Position numbers and translations under genes: made by a program
In this document: positions 26,967 through 36,290 of the stretch, in pieces
Layout: each line of letters begins with the position of its first letter
Position numbering within the stretch: the stretch's first letter is position 1
The notes under the pieces: generated by a model
Told to the model about the DNA's origin: nothing
What the model saw: the letters and a program-made list of their open reading frames with translations, nothing else
The model's database searches: none
Assembly (NCBI GenBank): GCA_963790545.1
Contig: CAWBPA010000007.1
Location: 17,668 to 81,667 of the forward strand
Source: Vicinamibacterales bacterium
Lineage (GTDB): Bacteria > Acidobacteriota > Vicinamibacteria > Vicinamibacterales > JAMQPK01
DNA length: 64,000 nucleotides
Direction of reading: 5' to 3'

Positions 26967-28007
26967 TCAGCCGGACGTCAACCGCGAAACCGGCCTCTTG
27001 AGATAACCGCTCCAGAAGTTCCAGAGCACGGCAGGGTGCAGGTCGAACACGCCGCGGTTTTCATTCAACCACGTGTTGTAGCAGTCGAAACAAGAATGGC
27101 AGGACGCGTGGCGCCATGCAGCCTCGACGCCATCGGTGTACACGTTTTTCGGCTTGAAGCTCCCGATGTGAAGCACACAGGGATAAATATCACCGTTGGG
27201 CTCGACCTGCAGGAAGTACTGTCCGGCGGTGCAGGGCGATCGTTCACCGGGATGCTCGATACGCTCGCGCGTGAAATCGGCCCACTCGAGCGTGCGCCGG
27301 TAAGAGTGAGCCGTGAAGAGCACCGGGGCGCCGCTCTCTTTTGCGACAATGATGCGCGAGATGACCTCACGAATCCCGTCGGGGTCGGGCATCCAGGCGC
27401 GTGCACCAGGTCCGTACATTTCCGGATTGAACTGCGGAATCTGGAAGTTGACACGCACGCGATAACGCCGGGCTGTTTCGATGAGCCAATCGATCTGGTC
27501 TGTCGTGTGACGCGTGACGACAGCACTGAGAAAGAAATCGACCCTCGCGTCGGCGCAGGCTTCAATCGCCGCCATGACCTTCTTCCACGTTCCAGTCCCT
27601 CGCTGCCCGTCGTGTGCGGCCTCATTGCCGTCGATCGAAATGACGAGCTCGTCAAGCGCCCGGACGATGTCCATGTGCCGCGGGACGAGAAGCCCGTTCG
27701 TCACCATTGCGGCGCGCATGCCGAGCGTCTTGACCGTGCGGACCAGCGGCTCGATATCGGGATGGAGTAACGGCTCACCGCCGAGAAACTTGATGCGGGC
27801 AGCGCCCAGTCGGGCGAAGTCTTCCAGCACGCGAATGTGGCTGGCCAAATCGGCTCGCGGGTCAGGACGCTGCGGACAATTGCAGTACACGCAGGACGCG
27901 TTGCACCCATTCAGAAGCGAGTACTGAACGAAAAACGGACGCGGCCGACCGGTGACTTTCGCGAGCAGAATTTGACTACCAATGCGAAGTTTCTGACCGT
28001 TCGTCAT
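26967..28007 (-). CDS. Radical SAM enzyme with SPASM/twitch-like C-terminal Cys cluster
   Basis: CNASCVYC (CX3CX2C), GGEPLL, C-X12-G-X4-C (CTAGQYFLQVEPNGDIYPC), then CHSCFDC. The ATG at 28007 overlaps the GT2 stop (ATGA). Confidence 0.8.
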   Translation of the reverse strand: MTNGQKLRIGSQILLAKVTGRPRPFFVQYSLLNGCNASCVYCNCPQRPDPRADLASHIRVLEDFARLGAARIKFLGGEPLLHPDIEPLVRTVKTLGMRAAMVTNGLLVPRHMDIVRALDELVISIDGNEAAHDGQRGTGTWKKVMAAIEACADARVDFFLSAVVTRHTTDQIDWLIETARRYRVRVNFQIPQFNPEMYGPGARAWMPDPDGIREVISRIIVAKESGAPVLFTAHSYRRTLEWADFTRERIEHPGERSPCTAGQYFLQVEPNGDIYPCVLHIGSFKPKNVYTDGVEAAWRHASCHSCFDCYNTWLNENRGVFDLHPAVLWNFWSGYLKRPVSRLTSG

Positions 28008-29359
28008 TCGGGCTCCCTCGCGAACCTGCACTCAGAAGGCCGGAGCACCTTCGGAAACGAGGCGGTCTGCCGCGAGAATGGATAGCAAACGAGCGCGGAC
28101 GCGGATACACCCGCCAGAATCCCCGCGAGACAGGCAAAACGCAACAGCTGGCGCGCCGGGCGCGTTGCGAGACCGAATGCTCCAATGCCAAGAGCCCACA
28201 GTTCGACCTCGCCGACCGATTGAAATACCTTGCCCGCGAGAGATGTCGTTAGCAGTACAACACCTGCCACGGCTACCAGCGGCACCACCGTCATCAGAGC
28301 AGCTCGCCAGAGGAAAATGCCGCGCATTGGCGAAGGCATGTGCCCGACATACGGCAGGAACCGGAACACCTCACGCAAGTAAGCATCGGCCTTGCGGTGC
28401 TTGTGGCGAAGCAACATGCGAAGGCTGCGTGGGGAGCGAAGTTCCACGACCGTCGTGGCTGCCACCTCGATGCGCTGACCCGCCGCCATCGCCCTGCACG
28501 ACACATGCACGTCGTCCGCCACGGTGTCGGCGGGAAGATTTTCGATGAGCTCACGCCGGACCAGATAACAAGGGGCAGTGACGATCGACGCGGAACCACG
28601 CTGGCGCTCACGTCCCCTTAGCCACTCTGCAAACCGCCAGTGGAGTGATTCGAGCGTGTGCGCTTCGCGCGGCCGGACAGAAGCCCCTGCGACCCCAACC
28701 TGCGGGTCGGCAGAGATCACCGCCGTCAACCGTTCGAGGGCATCGGGTTGCAGCACAGCATCAGCATCCGTGACAAGTATCCATGTGGCATCGGGATAGT
28801 TTTCCAGTGCGGAATTGATCTGGGCGGTCTTGTTCCGATGGGATGTACGCAGCAACTCGAAGCCGGGATGCGAAGCGATCCAACTTGCCGCTTGTTCCTC
28901 CGATCCGTCTGTGGATCCACCATCGACAATGACCACTTGACGGTGGCGATAGCGGAGACCGGAGAGATTGTTCAGTTTGCCGATGATGAACGGCGCTTCG
29001 TCAAAAACAGGAACGACAACCAGGACGTCGAGCGGTGCCCCGGGTTCAGCACAAGCGCGAGGGGACGCCGGTAATGAGAGCCACGCGATGTACGCGAGGA
29101 CGAATAGAGTCGCCCACGCAGCAAGCAGCGCGGCAAGTACCGGAATGGACAAGCGGTGGCAGTTTACCCGGGCCCACGGCCGGCCGACAAGATCGGACGG
29201 CGTGGCCACCCGCACGCCGTCATCATGACGAGCAGCGGTACGGTCGGGGCGCGGAATCGGCTGTTGCCTGGGACGCCGCCGCCGGCAATCAAGAGGTACG
29301 TCACAACAGCCGTTAACAGCACGAACGGCGCCCGCGTCCGAGGGTTCAGCCGCCAACAC
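28004..29359 (-). CDS. Membrane-anchored family-2 glycosyltransferase
   Basis: VVVPVFDE...VVIVDGGSTDGS, VTDADA, and C-terminal TM helices. This is the maximal ORF. The real start is probably downstream (for example TTG about 29153), after the stop of the upstream gene at 29164. Confidence 0.7.
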   Translation of the reverse strand: MLAAEPSDAGAVRAVNGCCDVPLDCRRRRPRQQPIPRPDRTAARHDDGVRVATPSDLVGRPWARVNCHRLSIPVLAALLAAWATLFVLAYIAWLSLPASPRACAEPGAPLDVLVVVPVFDEAPFIIGKLNNLSGLRYRHRQVVIVDGGSTDGSEEQAASWIASHPGFELLRTSHRNKTAQINSALENYPDATWILVTDADAVLQPDALERLTAVISADPQVGVAGASVRPREAHTLESLHWRFAEWLRGRERQRGSASIVTAPCYLVRRELIENLPADTVADDVHVSCRAMAAGQRIEVAATTVVELRSPRSLRMLLRHKHRKADAYLREVFRFLPYVGHMPSPMRGIFLWRAALMTVVPLVAVAGVVLLTTSLAGKVFQSVGEVELWALGIGAFGLATRPARQLLRFACLAGILAGVSASALVCYPFSRQTASFPKVLRPSECRFAREPE

Positions 29360-30487
29360 GCGGCGAGCGGCCCGATGAGGTATAGCAGGGAGATGGTTGC
29401 GAGGCAGATCGATGCAATGACCGTCGCAGGGTAACGGCGCGTGAGCGTCACGATGGCGCTCGAAATTCCTTCGTCAACAGCCCTCGCCTGGAAATCCGCC
29501 GACAATTGGATACCATCCCAACATCCGCATGTACTCAACCCCGGCGGGGTCGAAAACCGTACGGAGAATTCCTTCCAAGTGAATGCGGACATAGATCAAA
29601 GGATTGTCGGCCAGAGTTTCCCATGCTTTCCCGCGGATGACGGCCCCGGCTGGCCGCCCTAATGTCGGTCCAGCTATACCAAGTCGATCGAGAATTCCCT
29701 GGCGAACCTCGAGGAACGGTCGGTGGTCGCGGTGAGCGTCGATCGCGCCGGCGACAGAAATGACCAGCATTCGCTCGCCCACCATGGAAAAGGCTGGGTA
29801 CTCTGCCACCAGCCAATTACGCAGATGCCATGGGGCGACGAGAGCAGCAGTCACGATTAGCAAGATCGCCGATCGGCGCAATCTCATCATCAAGCTTCCC
29901 GGCCCCATTAAAGCCAACATCACGGGCACGATCACTACCAGCGGATAGGCGATCGGTCGAACGTAGATCGAAGCTGCAAGCGCAACGGCGGCGATTACTG
30001 CCCACCTGTGGCCGCCACCTTGGAGCGTGCGAAGGGCAGCGGCAACACACGCGACCAGACATGCGGTAAACAGTGTTTCCGAGAGTACTTTTAACGACCA
30101 CACGAGCATCGTTGGCTCGAGCGCAACGGCCCACGCAGATACTGTCGCGACAAGATCGTCGGACGTCAGGCGACGCACCGCATAAAACACCATCGCCACA
30201 ATCGCAACCGTGAGCGCAAGATGAGCGGCCAGCGCGAACCAGACTGGTTTCCCCAGCCATGCGCCAATGGCAATGACGAGTGGATACCCAGGTGTGCGGA
30301 AGAGTTCGGGGAAGCCGGCCGCGTCGCTGAACGTGTGCCGCTCGACGAGCGAAGAGGCTAACGCTAAATACGTGCTGGAGTCGGGTGTGACGAACGCGTC
30401 GACCCCACGGACGTACCACGCTGCGAGTCCGACGAGGACTCGCAGCAGGCCGCCCGTCAATGCAGCCCAGATCCAGGTTCGATGCAG
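29164..30487 (-). CDS. Polytopic GT-C-type (GT39/ArnT-like) membrane glycosyltransferase, one frameshift near 29480-29590
   Basis: ORF 29474..30460 reads ...TPDSSTYLALASSL...FRTPGYPLVIA... and holds many TM helices. It continues in ORF 29164..29592. The likely start is CTG 30487 or TTG 30460, just after the upstream stop. Confidence 0.55.
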
Positions 30488-30490
30488 TCC

Positions 30491-31135
30491 CTACTTCCCT
30501 TTCGTCACTTCAAACCCCTCGACGTGCACGTCGAGGACGTGATTCACCCGAACACCAGCAATGCCATCAGTCTTGGCCGTCATGCCGGTCTTGGGCGTGG
30601 TATGAACCACGGTGCCGTTGACGACGTAAGAAATCGTATTGCCGGCCACACGGGCTTCCAGAGTATTTCTCGATTGGCCTTTGGCATCGGGCTGCTGAAT
30701 GGCCTTGTGTGGAGTGGCCCTCTGCACATCGTGTGTGGCCTCGCCCGCCCGGTGCTTCACGAGGTACGTGCCGTCCTGTGCGATCAGGAAATAGATGTAG
30801 TTCTGACCGGCAGCGTCGAGGTCCCCGCCGCCAACGATGAGACCGTAGTAGTTGGTGTGGTTGCTCGGCTTGACGAGCGTAAACGTCGCCTTGACCGTGT
30901 AGTCCCCGGTGGCCGTGTTCGCAGGATTCCAGAACGTGCCGGCCGGACCACCAGTCACGTGGAAGCCCTTCCCCATGGTGACGAACTTCAGGTTGGGCGT
31001 ATTGTCGGGGTCCCCCGCACTCTGGCTGCGGTCAACGCGCACCTTCCAGCCCGCCGGGGCCTGTGCAGCAAGGGGAACGGTTAAGGCCGTAAGAACCGCG
31101 ATAATTCGAAGCAATTCGTGTGATCCACGTTTCAT
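30491..31135 (-). CDS. Secreted concanavalin-A-like / DUF1080-like jelly-roll protein
   Basis: GGAGG SD and a signal peptide (MKRGSHELLRIIAVLTALTVPLAAQA). The body is beta-rich. The similarity to DUF1080 is a weak judgement by eye. Confidence 0.4.
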   Translation of the reverse strand: MKRGSHELLRIIAVLTALTVPLAAQAPAGWKVRVDRSQSAGDPDNTPNLKFVTMGKGFHVTGGPAGTFWNPANTATGDYTVKATFTLVKPSNHTNYYGLIVGGGDLDAAGQNYIYFLIAQDGTYLVKHRAGEATHDVQRATPHKAIQQPDAKGQSRNTLEARVAGNTISYVVNGTVVHTTPKTGMTAKTDGIAGVRVNHVLDVHVEGFEVTKGK

Positions 31136-31242
31136 TCGCGACGCCTCCTCAGGCAATTGATTTTCTCTGACTGATACGTCTGCCCAGTGCCCGCAGTTTA
31201 CCAGCACAGACCGCGGGACCACATCGGCTTTCTCTGATATCC

Positions 31243-33127
31243 TTGCCTTCCAAACCCCTTACTTCGCCGGATCGAATGGCCAGGATGCATACACGGGGAC
31301 GCGGATCGCGCCGATCACGCACATGGTCCATGTGCGCGACCGCGCTGACGGGACTGTTCCTGCTAAGCGTCGTGACGGCTGGTCAAAGTCCGCGCGTAGA
31401 TGATGCGGTCTTGAAGGGCGCAGGCAAGACCGGCGAAGACTGGCTTACCTACGGGTTGAGTCAGTCGGAAACACGTTTCAGTCCCCTCGATGAAATCAAC
31501 ACGACCAATGTGAGTCGCCTTGGGTTGTCGTGGTCCTACGACCTTGGTCCAGGTGGCGGCGGTCAGGAAGCCACGCCGCTCGTCTGGAACGGCACGATTT
31601 ACGGAATTACGAACTGGAGCGTGGTATTCGCGGTCGATGCTCGCACCGGTAAAGAGCGCTGGCGTTGGGATCCGGAGGTGAACCAGACAGCGGTCCGTCC
31701 GAAGAATCTGTTGCGGCGTCGTCAATCGCGGTCTGGCGATTTACCAGGGGAAGATCTTCGCGCCCGTCATCGACGGCAGGCTGCAGGCCCTGGATGCGGA
31801 GACTGGAAAGGTCATTTGGGAATCGCGCGTCGCTTTTCCGCAAGACCAATTCACGATCACCATGGCGCCTCGTATTGCCAAGGGCAAAGTGATCATTGGT
31901 GTGAGCGGTGGCGATCGGCCGACTCGCGGATTTTTTGACGCCTACGATGCGGCCACGGGCCGGCGAGTGTGGCGCTTCTATACGGTCCCCGGCGATCCGT
32001 CCAAGCCGTTTGAGAACGCAGCCATGCGGAAGGCCGCCGAGACCTGGGATCAGGAGTGGTGGAAATTCGGCGGCGGCGGGGCCGTGTGGGACGGCATGGC
32101 CTACGATCCCGACGCCGGCCTCGTGTATGTCGGCACAGGCAACGCGGAGCCCTGGGCGCTGCAGTTCCGTTCATCCAAAGGGAAAGACAATCTCTACGTG
32201 TGCTCCATACTCGCGGTGCATGTGGACACTGGCGAGTTGAAGTGGCACTACCAGGTCGTGCCTGGCGACATTTGGGACTTCGACAGCGTGCAGCATCTGA
32301 TCCTGGCCGACCTGCCCATCGCTGGCCGTGTCCGCAAAGTCATCATGCAGGCCAACAAGAATGCGTTCTACTACGTGATCGATCGGATCACGGGAGAGTT
32401 CATCTCGGCTCAGCCGTTCTCAAAAGTGACGTGGGCCAAGGGCATCGACCAGAAGACCGGTCGCCCAATAGTGAATCCCGAGGCGTATTACGGCACCGAA
32501 CCGATTTCGATCTCACCCGGCGGAGGCGGCGCACACAACTGGTCGCCAATGTCGTTCAATCCCGTCACTGGTCTCGCGTATATCCCGACATCAACGAACA
32601 ACAGCTTCACGTACGCTGCAGAAGCCGCCTACACGCCTCAGCCAGGCCGGATGACCGGCACAGTCAGGCCGATGCCCACAGCGACGCGTCCTCCGCCGCC
32701 GGCCATCGGGCCAGAACCGCTCGAAGGTCCAGGGTCGAGAGGAGCCTTGGTGGCGTGGGACCCTGTTGCCCAACAAATGCGTTGGCGCATGCGCGGCGGG
32801 GGCGGGATTGGTGGCGGGACGCTGACGACTGCAGGAAATCTGGTCTTCCAAGTGATCAATGATGGACGTCTGCTGGCTTATAGTGCCGACAAGGGCGAGA
32901 AGTTGTTGGAGTTTCAGACCGGCTTGCGCAGCGGCATGGGGCCGCCCATCACCTATCAGCTCGATGGCAAACAGTACGTCTCGCTCATGGGTGGGGTTGG
33001 CACGGTGACGCTTGGAAACGCCGGCCCAGGCAATGCTGAGACGCTTTTTTCACCGAAGTTGCTGACGCTCGTTCTCGAGGGCAAGGCGCCGCTCCCATGG
33101 GCAACGCCGACGACGAGCTCTGAGTAA
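31243..33127 (+). CDS. Soluble PQQ-dependent alcohol dehydrogenase (type I quinoprotein), one frameshift near 31700
   Basis: ORF 31243..31938 joins the frame of ORF 31862..33127, which is open upstream. Shows vicinal CCGVVNRG, GGGAVWDGMAYDP, GTGNAEPW and WDFDS. It has eight-bladed-propeller length and no cytochrome domain. Confidence 0.8.
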
Positions 33128-33190
33128 GACATTTGTTTGCTAACGTAGCGGCGGGTCTTTAGACCCGCCGTCGATTGTCCCGGAGGAAAC

Positions 33191-33586
33191 ATGCGAGCAT
33201 GGCGATGCGTTGTGTTTTCGGTTGCGTGCCTCCTTGTTGTTACAGTCACAGCACAGGAAGGACATCCCCTGAAGGGCTCGTGGCTCGGCACCTGGGGTCC
33301 CAGCAAGCTTCACAGCAATGAAATCGTCCTCGTCATGAACTGGGACGGCAAAGCGATCACGGGCATGATCAATCCTGGCACCGACGACATTCCCATCAAG
33401 AATGCGACGCTCAATCCCGAAGGCTGGGTCGTACACCTCGAAGCGGACGCGAAGGACAAATCCGGCGCGATGATCAGCTACGTCATCGACGGCAAGATCG
33501 AGAACCTCTCGTTCCACAATCGCTCGATTGTTGGAACGTGGAAGAGTCAAAAAGAGAACGGACCGTTCAAGATCAGTCGGCAGTAG
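33191..33586 (+). CDS. Small secreted protein of unknown function (131 aa)
   Basis: GGAGGA SD, signal peptide, intact ORF directly downstream of the PQQ dehydrogenase. Confidence 0.5.
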   Translation: MRAWRCVVFSVACLLVVTVTAQEGHPLKGSWLGTWGPSKLHSNEIVLVMNWDGKAITGMINPGTDDIPIKNATLNPEGWVVHLEADAKDKSGAMISYVIDGKIENLSFHNRSIVGTWKSQKENGPFKISRQ

Positions 33587-33587
33587 T

Positions 33588-33652
33588 CGTAGCAGCGCAG
33601 GCCTTTAGGCAGTCGGCAGCAATCGTACGTAGCGCAGGCCTTTAGGCCTGCC
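33588..33652. repeat. Two adjacent REP-like hairpins (cgtagc-gcaggcc-ttta-ggcctgc type)
   Basis: The first copy is degenerate and the second is perfect. They belong to the same family as 12084..12110. Confidence 0.75.
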
Positions 33653-33663
33653 GGGAGCCGCGG

Positions 33664-34784
33664 ATGAAATCTGTTGCAAGCGTGTTGGCGTCAGTCGTTG
33701 TCGGACTCGTGCTGGCCACGGGGCTGGGGCTCGCGCACCATCCCATTTCGGCAAAGTTTGACGATACGCAAGCCGCTGACCCTCAGCGGAATCGTCACGT
33801 TGCTCGATTGGAGAAACCCCCACGTCCATGTGTTCATGAATGTTCGAGGGACGAACGAAACCGTGAACTGGGCCGTGGAGCTGGAGAGTCCCATCGAGCT
33901 GCAGCAGAGCGGCTGGAATCAGCGAATCGTTGCAACCCGGGGATGCGATCACCGTGGAAGGGATTGCCGCTCGCAACGGAAGCAATCAAGTGTGGGCCCG
34001 ATCGATTGTCCTGACAGGCACCGGTCGAAGGGTTCTGTACGTCACGCCCTCCCAGCCGCCTGCGCCTCTTCAGGTCCGCGCCACGCCGCGTTGGCCCGAC
34101 GGCCAGCCGAGGCTTGGCTCTGCAGTCGGTGGAACTCCGGGCTACTGGGCCAGCCCGAGCGCAACAGTGCTGAAGGAGAACGGGGTCGACGTCCCAATGG
34201 ATGCTTACGGCCTGCTCAAGAACATCGCCGATGCCTCCAAAGTGGCTCCGCTCCAGCCATGGGCCCTGGCCCTTTACACTCATCGCCAGAGAGAATTTCT
34301 GAAAGACGACCCAACATTTCTCAACTGCAAGCCGCCGGGCGGACCGCGTCAATTCCAGCTGCCGACCGGGGTGCAGTTCCTGGAAGACCGCGAACGACGG
34401 CGCATTTTTGTGCTAGTCGGTGGAGGTAATAACAACTTTCGTCTGATCTACCTGGATGGGCGGGGTCATGTAGGCCAGGTGGGGGGGGATGATGACAATC
34501 CTCTCTATTACGGCCGTTCGGTGGGAAAATGGGAGGGGGAGACACTGGTCCTCGACACCCGGGGGTTCAACGAAGATTTCTGGTTCACGAACGGGGGTCT
34601 GCCACATACCGAACAGCTTCGTCTGGTCGAGCGTTTCTCGCGACCCGATTTCGACACGCTGAAGTACGAGGTCACGGTTGAAGACCCGGGAGCGTATACG
34701 CGAGCCTGGTCGAGCGGGTGGACGATGCGATGGGTGGCGGGACAGGAGTTACCGAGAAGTTTGTGTCAGGATAATAGGCCGTAG
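33664..34784 (+). pseudogene. DUF6152 module fused to a 'W-[ED]-G-[DE]-T-L-[IV]' secreted-protein module (paralogue P4), with two 1-nt frame breaks near 33768 and 33925
   Basis: Three overlapping ORFs (33664.., 33674.., 33930..) read through as signal peptide-AHHPISAKFDD / KPLTLSGIVTLLDWRNPHVHVF...SGWNQ / LQPGDAITVEGIAARNGSNQVWARSIVL-...GRSVGKWEGETLVLDTRGFNEDFW.... There is no stop between the two modules. Confidence 0.6.
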
Positions 34785-34871
34785 ACTGTGCAACGTGACG
34801 CGCGTCACGTAAATGTAGAGGCGGGTCTTTAGACCCGCCGATCTGCGGTTCGTCAACAAGGAGAGACGACG

Positions 34872-35288
34872 ATGAGAGCGTACATACTCGGTGGCGTGAT
34901 CGCGATTGGAGTACTCCTAGCTGCCGGAAGAACCACCGCGCACCATTCGTTTGCCGCTGAGTTCGACGCCAACAAGCCCATCACGCTGACGGGCAAGGTC
35001 ACCAAGGTGGACTGGACGAACCCGCACGTGTGGTTCTACATCAACGTGAAGGACGAGAAGACGGGCGAGGTGTCCAACTGGGGCGCTGAAATGGGTCCAC
35101 CGCACGGACTCCAGCGGAGAGGGTGGCGGCGAGACACGCTCAAGATTGGTGAAGAGGTCACCGTATCGGGCTCGCTCGCGAAGAACGGCAGCAAGCGAAT
35201 GAATGCCAGGAGCGTCACGCTCACATCGACCGGCGGGCGTCCCGGCGAAACGCTGGATGCGCAGTCGAGCCAGCGCGAGAATCCGTAG
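34872..35288 (+). CDS. DUF6152-family small secreted protein
   Basis: AAGGAGAG SD and a signal peptide. The mature N-terminus is HHSFAAEFD, then TLTGKVTKVDWTNPHVWF and GWRRDTLKIGEEVTV. I recall this as the DUF6152 pattern. Confidence 0.7.
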   Translation: MRAYILGGVIAIGVLLAAGRTTAHHSFAAEFDANKPITLTGKVTKVDWTNPHVWFYINVKDEKTGEVSNWGAEMGPPHGLQRRGWRRDTLKIGEEVTVSGSLAKNGSKRMNARSVTLTSTGGRPGETLDAQSSQRENP

Positions 35289-35387
35289 GAAGGCTCAAGG
35301 CTGAAGGCTGAAGGCTCAAGTAGTCGGTACGTAGGGCGGACCTTCCAGGTCCGCCTCATAGGTCAACTGGTCTTAGGAGATCGCTCA

Positions 35388-36290
35388 ATGCGTCACCGAT
35401 TCATCCTGCTTGCCGCCGCAATGCTGTTCGCGTCGTCTCTACCAACCGGGTGGTTGTCGGCGCAGCAGCAACAGCAGCCGCCACGCGAATCAGACCGCAA
35501 CCAGCAGGTCGGCGTGCCTGCCGGCCGCCAAGGCGGCGAAGGACGGGGGGTGCAGGGTGTCGTCGGTGGTCTCGCCCAGCCACAAAAGGAACCGCCGCGC
35601 CCGGCGCCGCGCGGAGAGAATGGCCGTGTGCTGCTTGGGGGCGCGACTCCAGAGGATAAAGGGGTCTGGCTTCCTGGGCGCGGAGCCCTTGCGGCCTTTG
35701 TGGAGACCGAAGCGGTTCCCTTTCAACCGTGGGCGCGGGCGCTTTACGCCGATCGCCGACAAAATCAGCTGGAGCCGCACACGCGGTGCAAGCCCTCAGG
35801 CACGGTTCGACAATTCATTACGCCGTATGGCGTCGAGTTCGTCGAGTTCCGGGATCTCCAGCGGATCTACATCTTCGACATTGGGGGCCCTCACACCTAC
35901 CGCACGATTTACATGGACGGGCGCACGCATCCCAAGAACCTGACGCCCAGCTACTACGGTCACTCGATTGGCTGGTGGGACGGCGACACGCTCATCGTCG
36001 AGACGACCGGGTTCAACGAGAGCTTCTGGATGGATCGGCAAGGGCTGCCGCACACCGAAAAGCTGCGCACGCTCGAGCGCTTCACCCGCGCGGATGCCGC
36101 GACAATCAAGTACGAGCTGATGGTTGACGATCCTGGCGCTTACACGGCCACGTGGAAGGCCGGGATGGATCTGCGCTGGGAGCGCGGGACGGAGCTATTC
36201 GAATACGTGTGCCAGCAGGCGAATTACGCGCACGAGCTCATGCTGGGGCAGCATGAGTCGGTGGATCGCAGCAGTCCGATTGTGCCGTAA
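35388..36290 (+). CDS. Secreted protein of unknown function, paralogue P5 (distant branch of the 'FEYACHEGNY' family)
   Basis: GGAGA SD, signal peptide, Gln-rich linker, then RCKPSGTVRQF, IYMDGRTHP, GHSIGWWDGDTLIVETTGFNESFW and LFEYVCQQANY. Confidence 0.7.
   Translation: MRHRFILLAAAMLFASSLPTGWLSAQQQQQPPRESDRNQQVGVPAGRQGGEGRGVQGVVGGLAQPQKEPPRPAPRGENGRVLLGGATPEDKGVWLPGRGALAAFVETEAVPFQPWARALYADRRQNQLEPHTRCKPSGTVRQFITPYGVEFVEFRDLQRIYIFDIGGPHTYRTIYMDGRTHPKNLTPSYYGHSIGWWDGDTLIVETTGFNESFWMDRQGLPHTEKLRTLERFTRADAATIKYELMVDDPGAYTATWKAGMDLRWERGTELFEYVCQQANYAHELMLGQHESVDRSSPIVP

Noticed and set aside
26967-28007. Radical SAM/SPASM enzyme as PqqE, given the PQQ dehydrogenase 3 kb away
   Set aside because: No pqqA, pqqB, pqqC or pqqD is adjacent. 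The N-terminal region does not resemble the PqqE consensus, and the gene is translationally coupled to a GT2. I treat it as glycan/lipid tailoring of unknown type.
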